Assembly (NCBI RefSeq): GCF_006345805.1
Contig: NC_043007.1
Location: 43,958,001-44,022,000, forward strand
DNA from: Octopus sinensis
Taxonomy: Eukaryota
Direction of reading: 5' to 3'
Length of the DNA stretch: 64,000 nt
Numbering within the stretch: the first letter of the stretch is position 1; each line of letters opens with the position of its first letter. Positions 40,526 through 53,399 of this stretch are shown here, piece by piece. Both the position numbers and the translations under genes were made by a program. The notes under the pieces were generated by a model that had not been told where the DNA came from, made no database searches, and was given only the letters and a program-made list of their open reading frames with translations.

Positions 40526-40966
40526 CAAGACCCGTCTTTTGATAGCTTCGAGCTCTACTTCTGTGAACCAACGATTTTTTCTTATAGCTCTAGCTTGATC
40601 ACATAGACTCTGTTCCGTGAGTTGAAGCAATCCCTTTCGCTCCAATGATCATACATACGTTGTCGGTAACCCCTAATTTGCGCACCATTTGCATCCACCG
40701 GATTGCTCAGGTAGTAACACTCCATGACCACAGCATTAATTTGCTTGCTCCATCTACGCCGTGTGTAGTGGTCAGTTTCTGGATATCGACAGGCTGGAGC
40801 CGGACCAGAATCTCTGAGTCTGTCGGGTGCAACACTGTCACCATCAATGGCTTCAGTTTTATTACCACCGTTATTCACAATATTTTTATTCATTGTTACT
40901 CATATGAGGTAGCGATTATCAGATTGCGCAGTTACTAGTGTTTTTATTGTGACACCATCACTTGAT
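40526..40966 (-). mobile_element. 5' end of an R4/Dong-like LINE ORF
   Basis: [57 protein letters not shown], the N-terminal motif I associate with this clade. It begins directly after the (TAA)n tract at 40968-41030. Confidence 0.7.
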
Positions 40967-41030
<64 letters not shown>

Positions 41031-41213
41031 CGTGGCGAAATGCTTAGTCGTATTTCACCCGTCGCTACGTTCTGAGTTCAAATTCTGCCGAGGTTGACTT
41101 TGATTTCATCCTTTTGGGGTCGATAAATTAAGTACCAGTGAAACACTAAGGTCTGTGTTATCGACTAGTCCCCCTCCCCACAAATTTTAGCCCCTATAGC
41201 TTTAGTAGAAAGG

Positions 41214-41269
<56 letters not shown>

Positions 41270-41491
41270 ATCTGAGTTCAAATTCCGCTGAAGTCGACTT
41301 TGCCTTTTATCCCTTCGGGGTCGATAAAATAAGTACTAGTATTGCACTATGGTCGATGTAAGTGACTTAAACCTTTCCCCAAAATTATTGCCTTTGTGGC
41401 ATCATCATCATCATCACAATCATCATCATCACAATCATCATCATCACAATCATCATCATCACAATCATCATCATCACAATCATCATCATCA

Positions 41492-41532
<41 letters not shown>

Positions 41533-41552
41533 ATGATCATTATCATTATCAT

Positions 41553-41590
<38 letters not shown>

Positions 41591-41607
41591 TATTATTATT
41601 ATTATTG

Positions 41608-42163
41608 AGTGAGAGAGCAGTGTATGCCATCAAAGTGACACTGGGGTAAAATATACGAAGCCCAATATACCCATCATGACTACCCGTCTGATAAAGGTAC
41701 ACCAGGCACATGCATCACAACCATATGTGCGCGACATGGTGATCTCATATCAAGATAAACAGCACATGACCTTGCAGGTGGGGCCCAGTTAGAATTTTCT
41801 TCAGGTTGAGTAGCCCATCCCGCTCAAAAGGTCCCTGAATAAGGGTTGCTTAAGGATGTTGAAAGAACCACCCATGTTTCCAGAGGTGAACTATTCAAAC
41901 CCCAAAGAATCCCTCTCAACACATGGCTATGATGCTCCCCCACTACTTCTGCTCGTGATCAGAGATGCACATATCGTCAGCCACTAAGGGACATGCTCAA
42001 CTGGTTAAGGTCAAACAACTGACAAGCAAATCTGTGGTATTGAGCAGAATATTTGCTGTAGCCCATCTTTTATACCAAGACAAAACAATGTACATGATAG
42101 CACTTCCAATCAGTTAAGATCAGAAGCCATGAGAGCCACTGCCTGGTACTGCATCAGGGCATT
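41608..42163 (-). repeat. About 550-bp interspersed repeat flanked by (ATT)n; partial second copy at 52015-52305
   Basis: 41608-41900 aligns with 52015-52305 (GAGAGAGCA..CAAAGTGACACT.GGGTAAAATATAC..ATCATGACTACCCGT..). No ORF. Confidence 0.8.
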
Positions 42164-43088
42164 TATTATTATTATTATTATATTATTATTATTATTATTA
42201 TTAGTATGATTATTACTGATATTGTGTCGAGCTAGCAGAATCGTTAGTACGCCGGAAAAAAATACTCAGTAGCATTTCGTGTCTTTATGTTCTGACTTCA
42301 AATTCCGCCGAGGTCGACTCTGCCTTTTCTCCTTCAGGGCCAATAAAATAAAGTACCAGTCAAGTACCGGGGTCGATGCAATGGGCTTGTCAAAATTGCT
42401 AATCTTAATAATACCAACAATGACGTCTCACAGCCGCAGATGGCTGGGTCTGGACATAGTAGTCAAGTGTCAGAAGTTCGCAAACTATCAATGAAAGTGG
42501 GATGTAGCCATTTGAATGCGATTTGACTGCTATTTCCAGCAGACTGAGTGACTTAATAGAACCTTTTTCGTTAACTCCCTTTAAAATGAAACAAGATTCA
42601 AGGAGCGACAGAAAAATATTCCACATTTATGATACAATCATTGTCGCGGCTCTAGAGATGTTAGGCAGATGGAACAGTTTCTTTCTATAGCTAATTTTTT
42701 TTTCTTTTCTTTTCAGTCACTATCATGGTTTGGACCGATGTACACTGTGAATTTACTGTTGAAACACTTATTAGGAATGACGAATCTGGGAGGTTTTTTG
42801 TCGCACATTGTACTGCCTCACTCTATTCTATTGCTGCTGTTTGCAATAACAGCAATGCCGGAATTCACCATGACATTCTGTTAGCAGACACTAGGTTCAA
42901 TTCTGCAGAAGGAAAAACCTTACTTATGATACACCAAACGTGGAGTTCAGAGATAGATTTATCTGCCATTAGATTTATTTAACGAAAACTGAATTAATTT
43001 TCGGATTCTTAAGCTTTTAAAGTATGATACGTCTGGTTTAAAGTTCATTGTTGAATAGAAATATAGCACGACGCGAGTGGCCACCATA

Positions 43089-43497
43089 TCTCTCTCTATA
43101 TAAACGGCAGTTTGTCTCTCTCTATATAAACGGCAGTTTGTCTGTGCGTTTTCTGTGTGTCTGTTTTCTCGTACCCTCACTCTGACCACTGCTTTCAACC
43201 GATTCTGATGAAACTTGACACACACATAGCCCAATGTCATAATTCAAAACTAACGCAGCGAAAATTTTGAAAAATTCCCCCAGTTCTGAAAAAAATCGAT
43301 AAATTCGACATGGGGTCGAGAATCAGAAACCCGAACCACAGACCGTCTAGGGGACGCAACTCCACCTTTTTTAACTCTCAAAAAAATTTACCATAATTTT
43401 TTTTCCATTTTTTTGCTATTTTTTGGCTATAACTCTCTAAAAATGCTTTATAGTTATTTCCCTTACAAACCTGAGCAACGCCGGGCGACACTGCTAG
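43089..43497 (+). mobile_element. Non-autonomous Helitron
   Basis: 5' A|TCTCTCTCTATATAAACGGCAG with a 24-bp internal tandem duplication. 3' GC-rich hairpin AACGCCGGGCG followed by ACACTGCTAG|T. A/T insertion site and no TSD. Confidence 0.75.
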
Positions 43498-44489
43498 TAT
43501 TTTAATAAAGTAGATAAATATATTATTACCATTATTAATATAATAATGATTTCTATCTTTAGCACAAGTCTACGTGAAAACGCATGATCTATTGTGTAGG
43601 ATTGTGGATTCGATTCCTGAATCGAACCGTGCGTTGTGTCCTTGAACAAGGTATTTCATTTCACGTTGCTCCAGTCTACTCAGCTGAAACGAGCACTAAT
43701 CAGATACTGATACAGCCTTCTCTCCTTCCAACTATCGCACCCTCGGTGTGCCATTGGATCAAAACTGGAAACGCTGAGAAGGTTTTATCTGACTATACAG
43801 GCATCTAAAACAATTAGTAGTAGCATGGTACATGTTACCAAATCATCCTCTCATATGAGTAACGGCAATAGTACGAACCCCACAAAATTTTTTCCTTGAA
43901 ACAAATATTGTCGATTTAATTGATACCAGTTCTTGATTACTACTTATTTTATTGACCTTGAAAAATTGAAATGCAAAATCGGCATCAGCTAGATTTTAAG
44001 TCAATAGAAATAATTGCACTCAGCCTTTTCTCCTTCACTTACACATTTTACTACAGTGTTAGTAGGGGGGAAATGCAGATTAAATAGAAGCCAAATTCGC
44101 TGGATGAGAGGAAGAGAGCGTCACAACTTTATAAGTTTATTTAGTAGAAATAATAATTTAATGATTGCTATTTCAAAAATATCGATTGAGTTAGAGCAAG
44201 TAACTCCTGTGCGACATGAAAGTTTATATTGGGTACAACTTAAGAAATAAAGATTTTTAAGGGACCATGCGATGAGAGGTGACGAGGATCGCTCTAGTGT
44301 ACCACATCACACGGCCGATACAATAAAGGGAAATTGTATGGAACACATAAGGGCCAGAGGGATAACGAGACAACCGCGTAGAATGATTAAGAGAATATTT
44401 ATTGATATGTTAACATGTATGTCTATGTGTGTGTCATGTATACAGAATAATAGACAAACCGTCGTGAAAACAAAATGTGTGTGTGTGTG

Positions 44490-44522
<33 letters not shown>

Positions 44523-45262
44523 AGGCATGGATATATGTTCATGTTAAGAACATATAAGGATGGCAATGAAAAAGGAGACAGTGAAAGAGTCAATAGCCAT
44601 CGAAGTGAGAAGTAAGTTCATAGACACAAGAATGGTGATAATACCAGTTCGTAGTCAATAGTACACCGTAGTTGAAATACTGTATCAAGAAGTCGCGGAC
44701 ATGATGCTAAGCCGGTTACAGGTGCCTGTCGTACGTGAAGTCGTGGCTGTGAAGCTGCTGGGCCATTTGATACAGGAGTTCATACAGGTTGAACCGTTTG
44801 AACCTGCATGAGTTGCTTGCTGAGCTGTGTAGGAAGAGAGATGATGGCGACGATGTTAAGAAGGACATGATGGTGGCGACGAAGACGGAGGTTGCCGTAA
44901 TGCTGTTGGACAAAGTTGGTGAGTCTCAACGTGTGGTGGTGTTGTCTGGCGTTGTCGCTGGAACTGGCTGTCTTATGGTCAGCGACAAGACCTTAAAAAG
45001 TCTGAAACCAAAGACCTCGAAACGAGGAGAAGCTGAGTTTTTACAAGGAGCTGTAGGCTAAAAACAGGGTTGTAAACAGACTGTCCCACGTGATCCTATT
45101 TAGGGCCTCCGACTGGTAATACACAGCAAGCTGGCGCTACAGAGTAGGAGACAAATTGCACCAATACCACCCAGAGTAGTGGAGACAACGGGATACTTAA
45201 TATTTTCTTCTCGTTAATTCTCTCTTTCTCACTCCCAGTCTGTCATTCTCTCTCTCCCTCTT

Positions 45263-45302
<40 letters not shown>

Positions 45303-46343
45303 TTGTCTTTTTCTCTTGTTCTCAATGTCACATGCTTTTTTTTACCACCCTCTCTTTATCTTCCCATCGCTCTCTCTTGATCCAACTTTCTTGAAGTCTG
45401 CTACTACCGGACTAATGCTAACATTCCATTCCCTCATTCACAATCTTTTTTATTGCGAATGTCACTCAGTTCCCAAGTTCCTTCATTCCTGTTCTTCTCT
45501 TATGATTGTAATGCTATATAAGTCGAATTTCTATTTTCCTTCGCGTTAGCAGTCAATGATTTGAAGGGGGATTGTACTCACTTGGAAGATTACAATGTGT
45601 GTGTGCGTGTAAGTGGCATTTAGTGCAAAAAAATGTTAATTTATTCTTTCAAATTTCTCCCCTTATTTTAGTAATGACACAAAGAAAGATTAGGTCGAGT
45701 GCAATGCTTAACAGTGCCCGAACGAATACATGCATGAAGGTGATGATTTAGCTTCAATTTGTTTCAAAAAGCACAAAGAAGATAAAAATTCACCTCAGTA
45801 ATATCTGAACTGTAGATTTTTGTAACCAACATCCAACATCTTGGAACATTTCTTCAGCTCAACAGGTTACGCTTTTAATGATTTTCAGCAATACTTTACA
45901 CCAATGAATTTAGAAATGCAATTATTTCTAACAGTCAATCACGCTTTCTGGGATGAAGACCTAATTTCAGAAATCTGCAATAGTTCATGACCTTTTGCAA
46001 TATTAGAACATTTTAATTGTGCTACTCATTTGAGAAATTCTTTCAGTTAAAGATCTTCAATTTATGTTTTCAACTACTGTACAATGTAGAGTGTACATGT
46101 TGTTTATTCCCTATTCTAAATGAATAAATATAAATTTTGAATGTTTTCTGATAATAAATATTTTGGTAACTATAAGACGTGGTTTTTATTTTCCTATAAT
46201 TTTGGCTCTTATCAAAACGAAGTTAACACTCCAAAATATATGGTGTTTTTACATTCGGCAAAATAATTGACAATTAATTGCAATAATTGATTGGCCTGTA
46301 TCCCAATTGCTAGGAAATAACTGATTTGATAGGTTCCAATCAA

Positions 46344-47200
46344 TTATTTACAACCCCTGGGGTCAGATACGGGTAAGTGTTGGCTGTAAAGTACTGGTCT
46401 CATAGCAGATTGTAAATTAGGATATTTTACAGTATGCTTGGGTTTTGATATTATACCTTGTATATTCGTCATGCAGAAGTAGCAATCTGAAGTGTGATCT
46501 TTGGGGACCGTCCAAGTCATAAGGATGGCAAAAGGCATATGGCGTGAACCTTTGACCCATTCAATGAGAAGCCTGGCACAGGTTACACAACACACATGAA
46601 GGACCCAGCTTTTAACCTGGTCACCCACTTGACAGCCAAAATAATGCCCATAGCACTTTTTAATTAATGGCATGAAACGCCGTCTTTGTGACTTGAATGT
46701 TAAGTCACCGCAAATATAGCAAAAGTTGTTTGCGATGTTTATACAGTTTCTTGGTATTATGAAGGTGAATGGAATATGCCAACTTAGTACACAACCGAAC
46801 GCCTACACTTCAAGCACAGTACTGACAAAGCATCGATGACTCATCGACTCAGTGTTGCCAATCCGGTGACTCACGGACTCAAATAGCCAGATTTGTGATT
46901 TCATTAGGTTAATTTTATTCATAAACATTTAAATTAGGAGTTTACCGTTAGCTTCACATTTCAACAGCTTACTTCACATTACAACAGCTTAAACCGTTAG
47001 CTTCACATTTCAACAGCTGAACTGAAATTTAGCCCACCTAACAGGAACTGAGAGGGAAATCATGGAACAGAGAAACTGTGGGTGATACAGATAATTTGAC
47101 ATTATTTTAGAATTCTGCATGCAAAAAAATACAAGATACGGGTATTCTTTTTTTTTTCTTTTTCTTTTTTTTTTGGAAACAAATTCTTTGTTGACCAGTG
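46344..47200 (-). mobile_element. Chapaev-type transposon 5' end with N-terminal Cys-rich transposase fragment
   Basis: The minus strand reads RNCINIANNFCYICGDLTFKSQRRRFMPLIKKCYGHYFGCQVGDQVKSWVLHVCCVTC..MPFAILMTWTVPKDHTSDCYFC..KYPNLQSAMRPV (about 46350-46760). The terminus TTGTTGACCAGTG|TAA at 47200 resembles the terminus at 5970. The left boundary was not found. Confidence 0.85.
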
Positions 47201-47743
47201 TAATTCATTCTAAATTTTGCACGAGGTATCCTTAAAGAAGAACACAGTAAATTGTTATTTGAGGGAGATACTGTTGCTATCTTTTGTAGGTCGGGCGACT
47301 ACGTAAAAGTCTCCCTTGTTGATTCCTATCTATGTTTGTGTGTGTGTAAGTGTTTCCCATAAACTAAGTACTGCAGGTTTATGTGTTTATCTGTACTGCA
47401 GTATTTAGAGATGTATGTCTGTGTGAGTATATGTGTATGTAGGCGTGTGCGCTAACATGTTTAATCTAGCATTTTTACTTTCTCTCTGCCCCTCCTCTCT
47501 CTTTCTCTCTCTCTCACCCACCTTTTACCAGAAAGGTACAGGCACCAAATTGATAATCTCCCCAAACCCAACAACAACCATAAGGAATCAATGAGGACTA
47601 TTTAGGTCTATTTTAGTCTATTTTAGTAGACTTAATGTCTATAGATATAGCAGAAAGATGCTCTTTTCTAAGAAGATTCACTCTTTCAGATTTTTAGTTC
47701 CTTCTAACTCATATATATATATTTTTACTTTTATTTACTTATC

Positions 47744-47794
<51 letters not shown>

Positions 47795-47795
<1 letters not shown>

Positions 47796-48356
47796 TCACG
47801 TTAGCAGAAACGGTAGCACGCCGGGCGAAATGCGTAGCCGTATTTCGTCTGCCGCTGCGTTCTGAGTTCAAATTCCGCCGAGGTCGACTTAGCCTTTCAT
47901 CCTTAAATAAGTACCAGTTACGCACTGGGGTCGATATAATCGACTTAATCCGTTTGTATGTCCTTGTTTGTCCTCTGTGTTTAGCCCCTTGTGGGTAGTA
48001 ACGAAATAGGTATTTCGTCTGTCTTTACGTTCTGAGTTCAAATTCCGCAGAGGTCGACTTTGCCTTTCATCCTTTCGGGGTCGATTAAATAAGTACCAGT
48101 TATGCACTGGGTCGATATAATCGACTTAATCCGTTTGTCTGTCCTTGTTTGTCCCCTCTGTGTTTGGCCCCTTGTGGGTAGTAAAGAAATAGGTATTTCG
48201 TCTGTCTTTACGTTCTGAGTTCAAATTCCGCAGAAGTCGACTTTGCCTTTCATCCTTTCGAGGTCGATAAATTAAATACCAGTTGAGTACTGGGGTTGAT
48301 CTAATCGACTGACCCCCTCCCCAAAAATTTTGGGCCTTGTGCCTAGAGTAGAAAAG

Positions 48357-48388
<32 letters not shown>

Positions 48389-48660
48389 GGCGGTGAGCAG
48401 GCAGAATATTTAACTCGCCGGGTGAAATGCATAGTCTGAGTTCAAATTCCCCGGAAGTCAACTTTGTCTTTCATCCTTTCGGAGTCGATAAAATAAGTAC
48501 CAGTTGAATGCTGGGGTCAATAATATTGACTTATCCCCTCCCCTAAAATTGCTGCCCTTGTGGCAAAATCTGAAATCATTATTACTATTATTATTATTGT
48601 TGTTGGATCAATCTAATCAACTAGACCCCCTTCCCCAAAATTTCAGGCCATGTGCCTATA
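47795..48660 (+). mobile_element. Tandem cluster of tRNA-derived SINE family 1 (about 5 units)
   Basis: Repeated core TTCTGAGTTCAAATTCCGCCGAGGTCGACTTTGCCTTTCATCC..TAAGTACCAG..GGGGTCGAT. Box A-like TGGCAGAA and box B GTTCAAATTC. (ATT)n spacers and tails. Confidence 0.85.
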
Positions 48661-49217
48661 GTAGATAGGATTATTGTTGTTGTTGTTGTTGTTCTTCTTC
48701 TTCTTCTTCTTCTTCTTATCAGGACTCACGCCATTAGCCACAAAGAATAATCTCTAATTCGAGCCTACTCTAAGCTACTAAGAATGCGTGTGGCAACTTG
48801 AAGATCCACCCACCACACGCGATAGACTGGCGGTTGCACGGGCGCGAAAGCTACGTTGTTATCCTCATTCTATAAACGGTGGCTTTTAACGAGTGGAGAG
48901 CTAAACCATCCTGGGGTACAGAGGATTCGCAATCTAGACTAGGGTCTGAAAGTTTACCAGACCATAATAGGTTGCACCATGGTTCCTCTGCTTTGTGGCA
49001 GAAGTAGGAGGAAAGATTGAGAGAAAGTTGTGGTGAAAGAGTACAGCGGGGTTCACTCCCCTCCCACCGCTGGAGCCTCGTGGAGCTGAGGTGTTTTTGC
49101 TCAATAAACACTCACAATGCCCGGTCTGGGAATCGAAACCGCGTTCTTACGACCGTGAGTCTGCTGCCCTAACCGATGAGCCATTGCGCCTCCACTGTTG
49201 TTGTTGTTGTTGCTGTT

Positions 49218-49860
49218 AAGGCGACAAGCTAGCAAAATCCTTAGCAGGTCGGACAAAAATACTCAGTAGCATTTCTTTCATTCTTTATGTTCCGAGTTTT
49301 TAACTAGCCAATATCGACTCCCCTTTTAATCCTTCTAGAGTCGATAAAATAAAGTATCAGTCAATTGCATGGATCAATGTAATCAACTCGTCTCTCCCTT
49401 TAAAAATTGCTGACCTTAGGGTAAAATTTGAAACTAAAGGCGGCAAGCTGACAGAATAGTAAGCACACTATGAAAATTGCTTATCTCATTTCTTCTGGCT
49501 TTACATTCTAAGTTCAAATTCTGCCAGCGTTGACTTTGCTTCCATCCATTCAAGGTCGATAAAATAACTACCAGTTGAACATTGGAAGTCGGTGTAATCG
49601 ACTGTTCCCCTCCATCTAAATTTCAGTCCTTGTACCTATAGTAGAAAGGATTGGCAACTAGGTGTAAGGTGACGAGCTGGCAAGTCAGGTAAAATGCTTA
49701 GCGACATTTCGGCTGTCTTTGCATTCTGAGTTCAAATTCTGCCAAGATTGATTTTACCTTTCAAGGTCGATAAAATAAGTACCAGTTGAGTACTGGGGTC
49801 GATTTAATCGACTGTCCCCCTCCTCCGAAATTGCTAGCCTTGTACCAAAATTTGAAATCG
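49218..49860 (+). mobile_element. SINE family 1 cluster (3-4 older copies)
   Basis: Repeated TGAGTTCAAATTCTGCC..GTCGATAAAATAAGTACCAGTTG motifs. Confidence 0.8.
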
Positions 49861-49968
49861 TTATTATATTTTTTAAAATCAGGTTTTGTTGGAACTTCTG
49901 GAGTCTTGCATGCACAGCAGGCTTGCTACCTGCAGCCTACACTACCATGCTATCTGTTTTTTCATCTA

Positions 49969-51250
49969 TTAGGTTGGCAACTAAGTTCCCACCGTTTTTT
50001 AAATAAAATTTTTTTTTAAAGGTTTAATAAAAAAAAAATAACTAATTAATCAATAATGTATTCACCCTTGTTGTTTACAACTTCTTCCCAACATTCAACA
50101 AGATTTTCAATACTTCGTTGGTAGAAATCACCCGATTTCGACTCGAAAAATTGATCCAACCAACCTCTCAATTCTGCATCAGTATTGAACGAAACTCCGC
50201 GCATAGCATTTGAAAGAGATTGAAAGAGGTGGAAATCCGTTGGTGCCATATCAGGAGAGTATGGCGGGTGTGGCAGCACTTCTCGGCCATACGTTTGAAT
50301 GGCTTCCTTGGTCATATTGGCGATATGAGGGCGGGCGTTGTCGTGCAGCAGAAGAACTCCATGCTGACGATTAGGTATTTCCTCTTGAATAGCCGTGTTG
50401 AGTCGTTCCATCTGTTGAACATAGAGTTCCGCGTTGACCGTTTGGTTCCGTTCAAGCAATTCGTAATGGAAAATCCTTTCCCATTCCCACCATACGCACA
50501 ACATCGTTTTGGCGGATGAAGATCTTGTTTCACGAGTGGTGTCGCTTGTTTACCGGGGCTAAGCTATTCCTTACGCTGCTTCATATTGATGTACAGGAAC
50601 CATTTTTCGTCGCTAGTAACGATTCGGTAAAGAAACCGTTGCTTGTGTCCATGAGTTGAGCGGTGATGAGCAAGCAAGCAAACCAGCGGAGATTGTGGCT
50701 CGTTGATTTTTGTTGTTGTCGCTTAAAGCATGCGGAACTCATGCTCCATACTTCTGAACCTTTCCCATCGAGTGAAGATGCTTCTCTATAGCAGTGTGGG
50801 AGCATTCCATTTTCTCCGCCAGTTCCCTTGTCGTTTGACGAGAATTTTCGTGCAAAAGTTGGTTTAATCGTTCTTCATCGAACTCATCTGGACGGCCAGA
50901 ACTAGGTGCGTCTTTGAGGTCAAAATTTCCATTTTTGAACTTGGCAAACCAATCACGAGCAGTTCTTTCAGCTATGGCACCCTCTCCATACACAGCACAA
51001 ATGTCGCGAGAACTTTGATTAAAAGCAAAAAGAAGGTGTCGAAAAATGCTCATTTTTCTTAATTTGACATTCTATTTTAATGATCTGAAAATAAACAAAA
51101 ATTAACTAAAATTAACTAGTAAAAAAAAATCAAAATAGATTCCAAATTGATTCAAAAGTAGAATTCTCGAGAAAAAATAGATTCCAAAATTTAAAAACGC
51201 AATAAATTCCAAAATTTTAAAAAACGGTGGTAACTTAGTTGCCAACCCAA
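49969..51250 (-). mobile_element. Full-length (about 1.28 kb) mariner element, DD34D transposase pseudogene
   Basis: TIRs TTAGGTTGGCAACTAAGTTCCCACCG / CGGTGGTAACTTAGTTGCCAACCCAA, with TA on both sides (49967-68, 51251-52). Transposase motifs in ORF pieces 50739-51053 and 50046-50504: SGRP, (W>*)VPHAL, IVTSDEKW, MLCVWW, HDNARPH, HPPYSPDMAPTDFHLF. Two Trp codons are mutated to stops and there is at least one frameshift. Confidence 0.95.
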
Positions 51251-51252
51251 TA

Positions 51253-52008
51253 ATACTCTCCTGATGATTCTAGCCATGCCAAGGAGGCAAACCTTTTGTG
51301 ATAGCTCTACTGCGCAGTCTATTCTGATTTCCTTTATATTTGTCTTGATGCCTTCTGTAACTGTCTCCAAGGACCCAACAATAATTGACACTATCTTCAC
51401 CTTCTTCATTTTCCATAGTTGGGTTATCTTGTATTTAAGAGGATTGTATATATCTATCTCTTTGCCTTCCTCCTTAACTTTTCATGAGTTAAATGGGCAC
51501 ACATCAATTATATAGCACGTGCTTCACCTTGTCCACAACCAATAGGTCTACCTTGTGCTGTAGCACCTGATCTGTTTGGATTGGGAAATCCCATAGGATT
51601 TTGCTGGTCTCTGATTCCAACACCCTCTTGTGGTTTGTGCTCGTACCATGTCTTGCCTATCTCTAGACCCCCACTTTTTACATAGCTTCCAATGTAGCAC
51701 TTTTGCTACCTCATCATGTTACCTCAACTTATAATGGTTTTGGACAAGTCTAGGGCAATCATTCATGATATAGGCAATGATTTCATCCACTCTACTAGAT
51801 TTGGCACAGTGGGGACACTTGCTCATTCTTAAGGTTGATCCTCCAATTTGTGGCCAAAGTTTGGTTTTGCACTGCCTGCTTGGTGCTCTCAGCCTCTTTT
51901 TTCTCAGTGCTCCTTTCTTCAGCCAGTCTTACCTATGTTTTCCAACGACTTTAGTTATGGCTACATGGAACTGATTGTGCAGTCTCATGTGGAAGTGATT
52001 GTGTAGAG
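51253..52008 (-). mobile_element. R4/Dong-like LINE 3' fragment interrupted by the mariner
   Basis: LHNQFH..WLKKG..KCPHC..DCPRLVQNHYK..HDEVAKVLHWKLC..YIIDVCP..VKIVSIIVGSL..KVCLLGMARIIRRVL. The 3' remainder continues at about 49880-49966. Confidence 0.85.
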
Positions 52009-53399
52009 CATTATTATTGAGAGAGAGAGCAATGCATGCCAGCAAAGTGACACTAGGGTAAAATATACAAAGCCCAGTATACCCATCATGACTACCCGTT
52101 TGATAAGGGTACACCAGGCACATGCATCATAATCATATGTGCATGACATAGTGATCTCATATCAATATAAACAGCGCATGACCTTACAGGTGGGCCCCAG
52201 TTAAAATTTTCTTCAGGTTTTCTGGTCAAAAGGTCCCTGAATTAGGGTTGTTTAAGGATGTTGAACGAAACACCCTTGTTTCCAGAGGTGAATTATTCCA
52301 GAAACAAGTATTATTGATGTGGAACTTTTTCCACTGTCTAACCTATATTTCTCCAATGCCAGAATACCCATCTTACAGAGTCTTTGCTCAATACAATGCT
52401 CCAATAGTTGGGATATCCAAGAAACAGCTGTCAGAGACTATCTTTTACCATTTGTTATGTAGCTAAATTTAGACTGAATTAAATGTCTTTGTCATACCTT
52501 ACTTAACTGTTTGCCTTTCCTCACTACTTTAACCTACACCTACTGACTCAAAGGGAAGCTAGATTTAGCCATTTTGAACAAGACAATCACATAACCACTA
52601 CTTCAACTGCTGTTCAAACTGGAAGAGCATTCAGAACACATACCTATTAGTATGCTTCATCCTGACAAAAACTCCTCATGTTCTATATCATCATCAGCAT
52701 CATCATTTAATGTCCATTGTCCATACTTGCATGGGTTGGACAGTTTGACCAGGGCTGGTAAGCTGAGGGGCTGCACCAGACTCCACTCTGATTTGACATG
52801 ATTTCTGTGGCTGGATGCCCTTCCAACACCAATCACGCTGAGAGTGTAACGAGTACTTTTGCATGAAAACCGGCATATTTAAGTGAGAAATAATATATTT
52901 ACCAAACAGCAGAAATAACTGCAGGTTTTTGTTTTTCTTTCTTTCTTTTTTTTTTGTAAAATAGTTTATCCACCTCAGAAATTTTTTTTTTTTAAGTGAT
53001 GGAAGGAACTATATTCATGAAACCAAAATAAGTTTACAGCAGAATAACTGTTTTACTAAACAAATGCTTTAGCAAATCTGTTACTATCACTATTCTCTTT
53101 CTTCCAGTCTCCTGTCTTTAACTTTTTCCTTTCATAACACAGTCTTGTATTTGAGAGTGAAATAACCATGACCATTGTTTGTTTTGTTTTTCTCTAAGTC
53201 ACATGCAAGGAAAAATATAAACTTTGACCAAGAATAAAAAATAACCCTTATTTTTCCCTACATGGCATATGTTAATTCAATGAATATATTGAATAAATTT
53301 ACCATTCTCATTTCACATCTCCAGATGAATTACTTGAAAATCATCTTGATCTGAGAATAGTGAGTGATGGATAAACAGAGAAACTCAACTTATCATTAT

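Larger units (their letters stand above)
40351..42400 (+). mobile_element. Four SINE family 1 copies (about 40351-40525, 41030-41215, 41268-41398, 42225-42400) interleaved with microsatellites and other inserts
   Basis: Core GAGTTC(G/A)AATTCCGCCGAGGTCGACTTTGCC repeated. Further copies lie at about 22240-22445(-), 30675-30800(-), 39590-39725(-) and 59395-59670(-). Confidence 0.8.

Noticed and set aside
42085-42160. Possible HDV-like ribozyme at the 5' end of the 550-bp repeat (minus strand)
   Set aside because: P1-like and P4-like helices can be drawn, but P2/P3 and the nested pseudoknot cannot.
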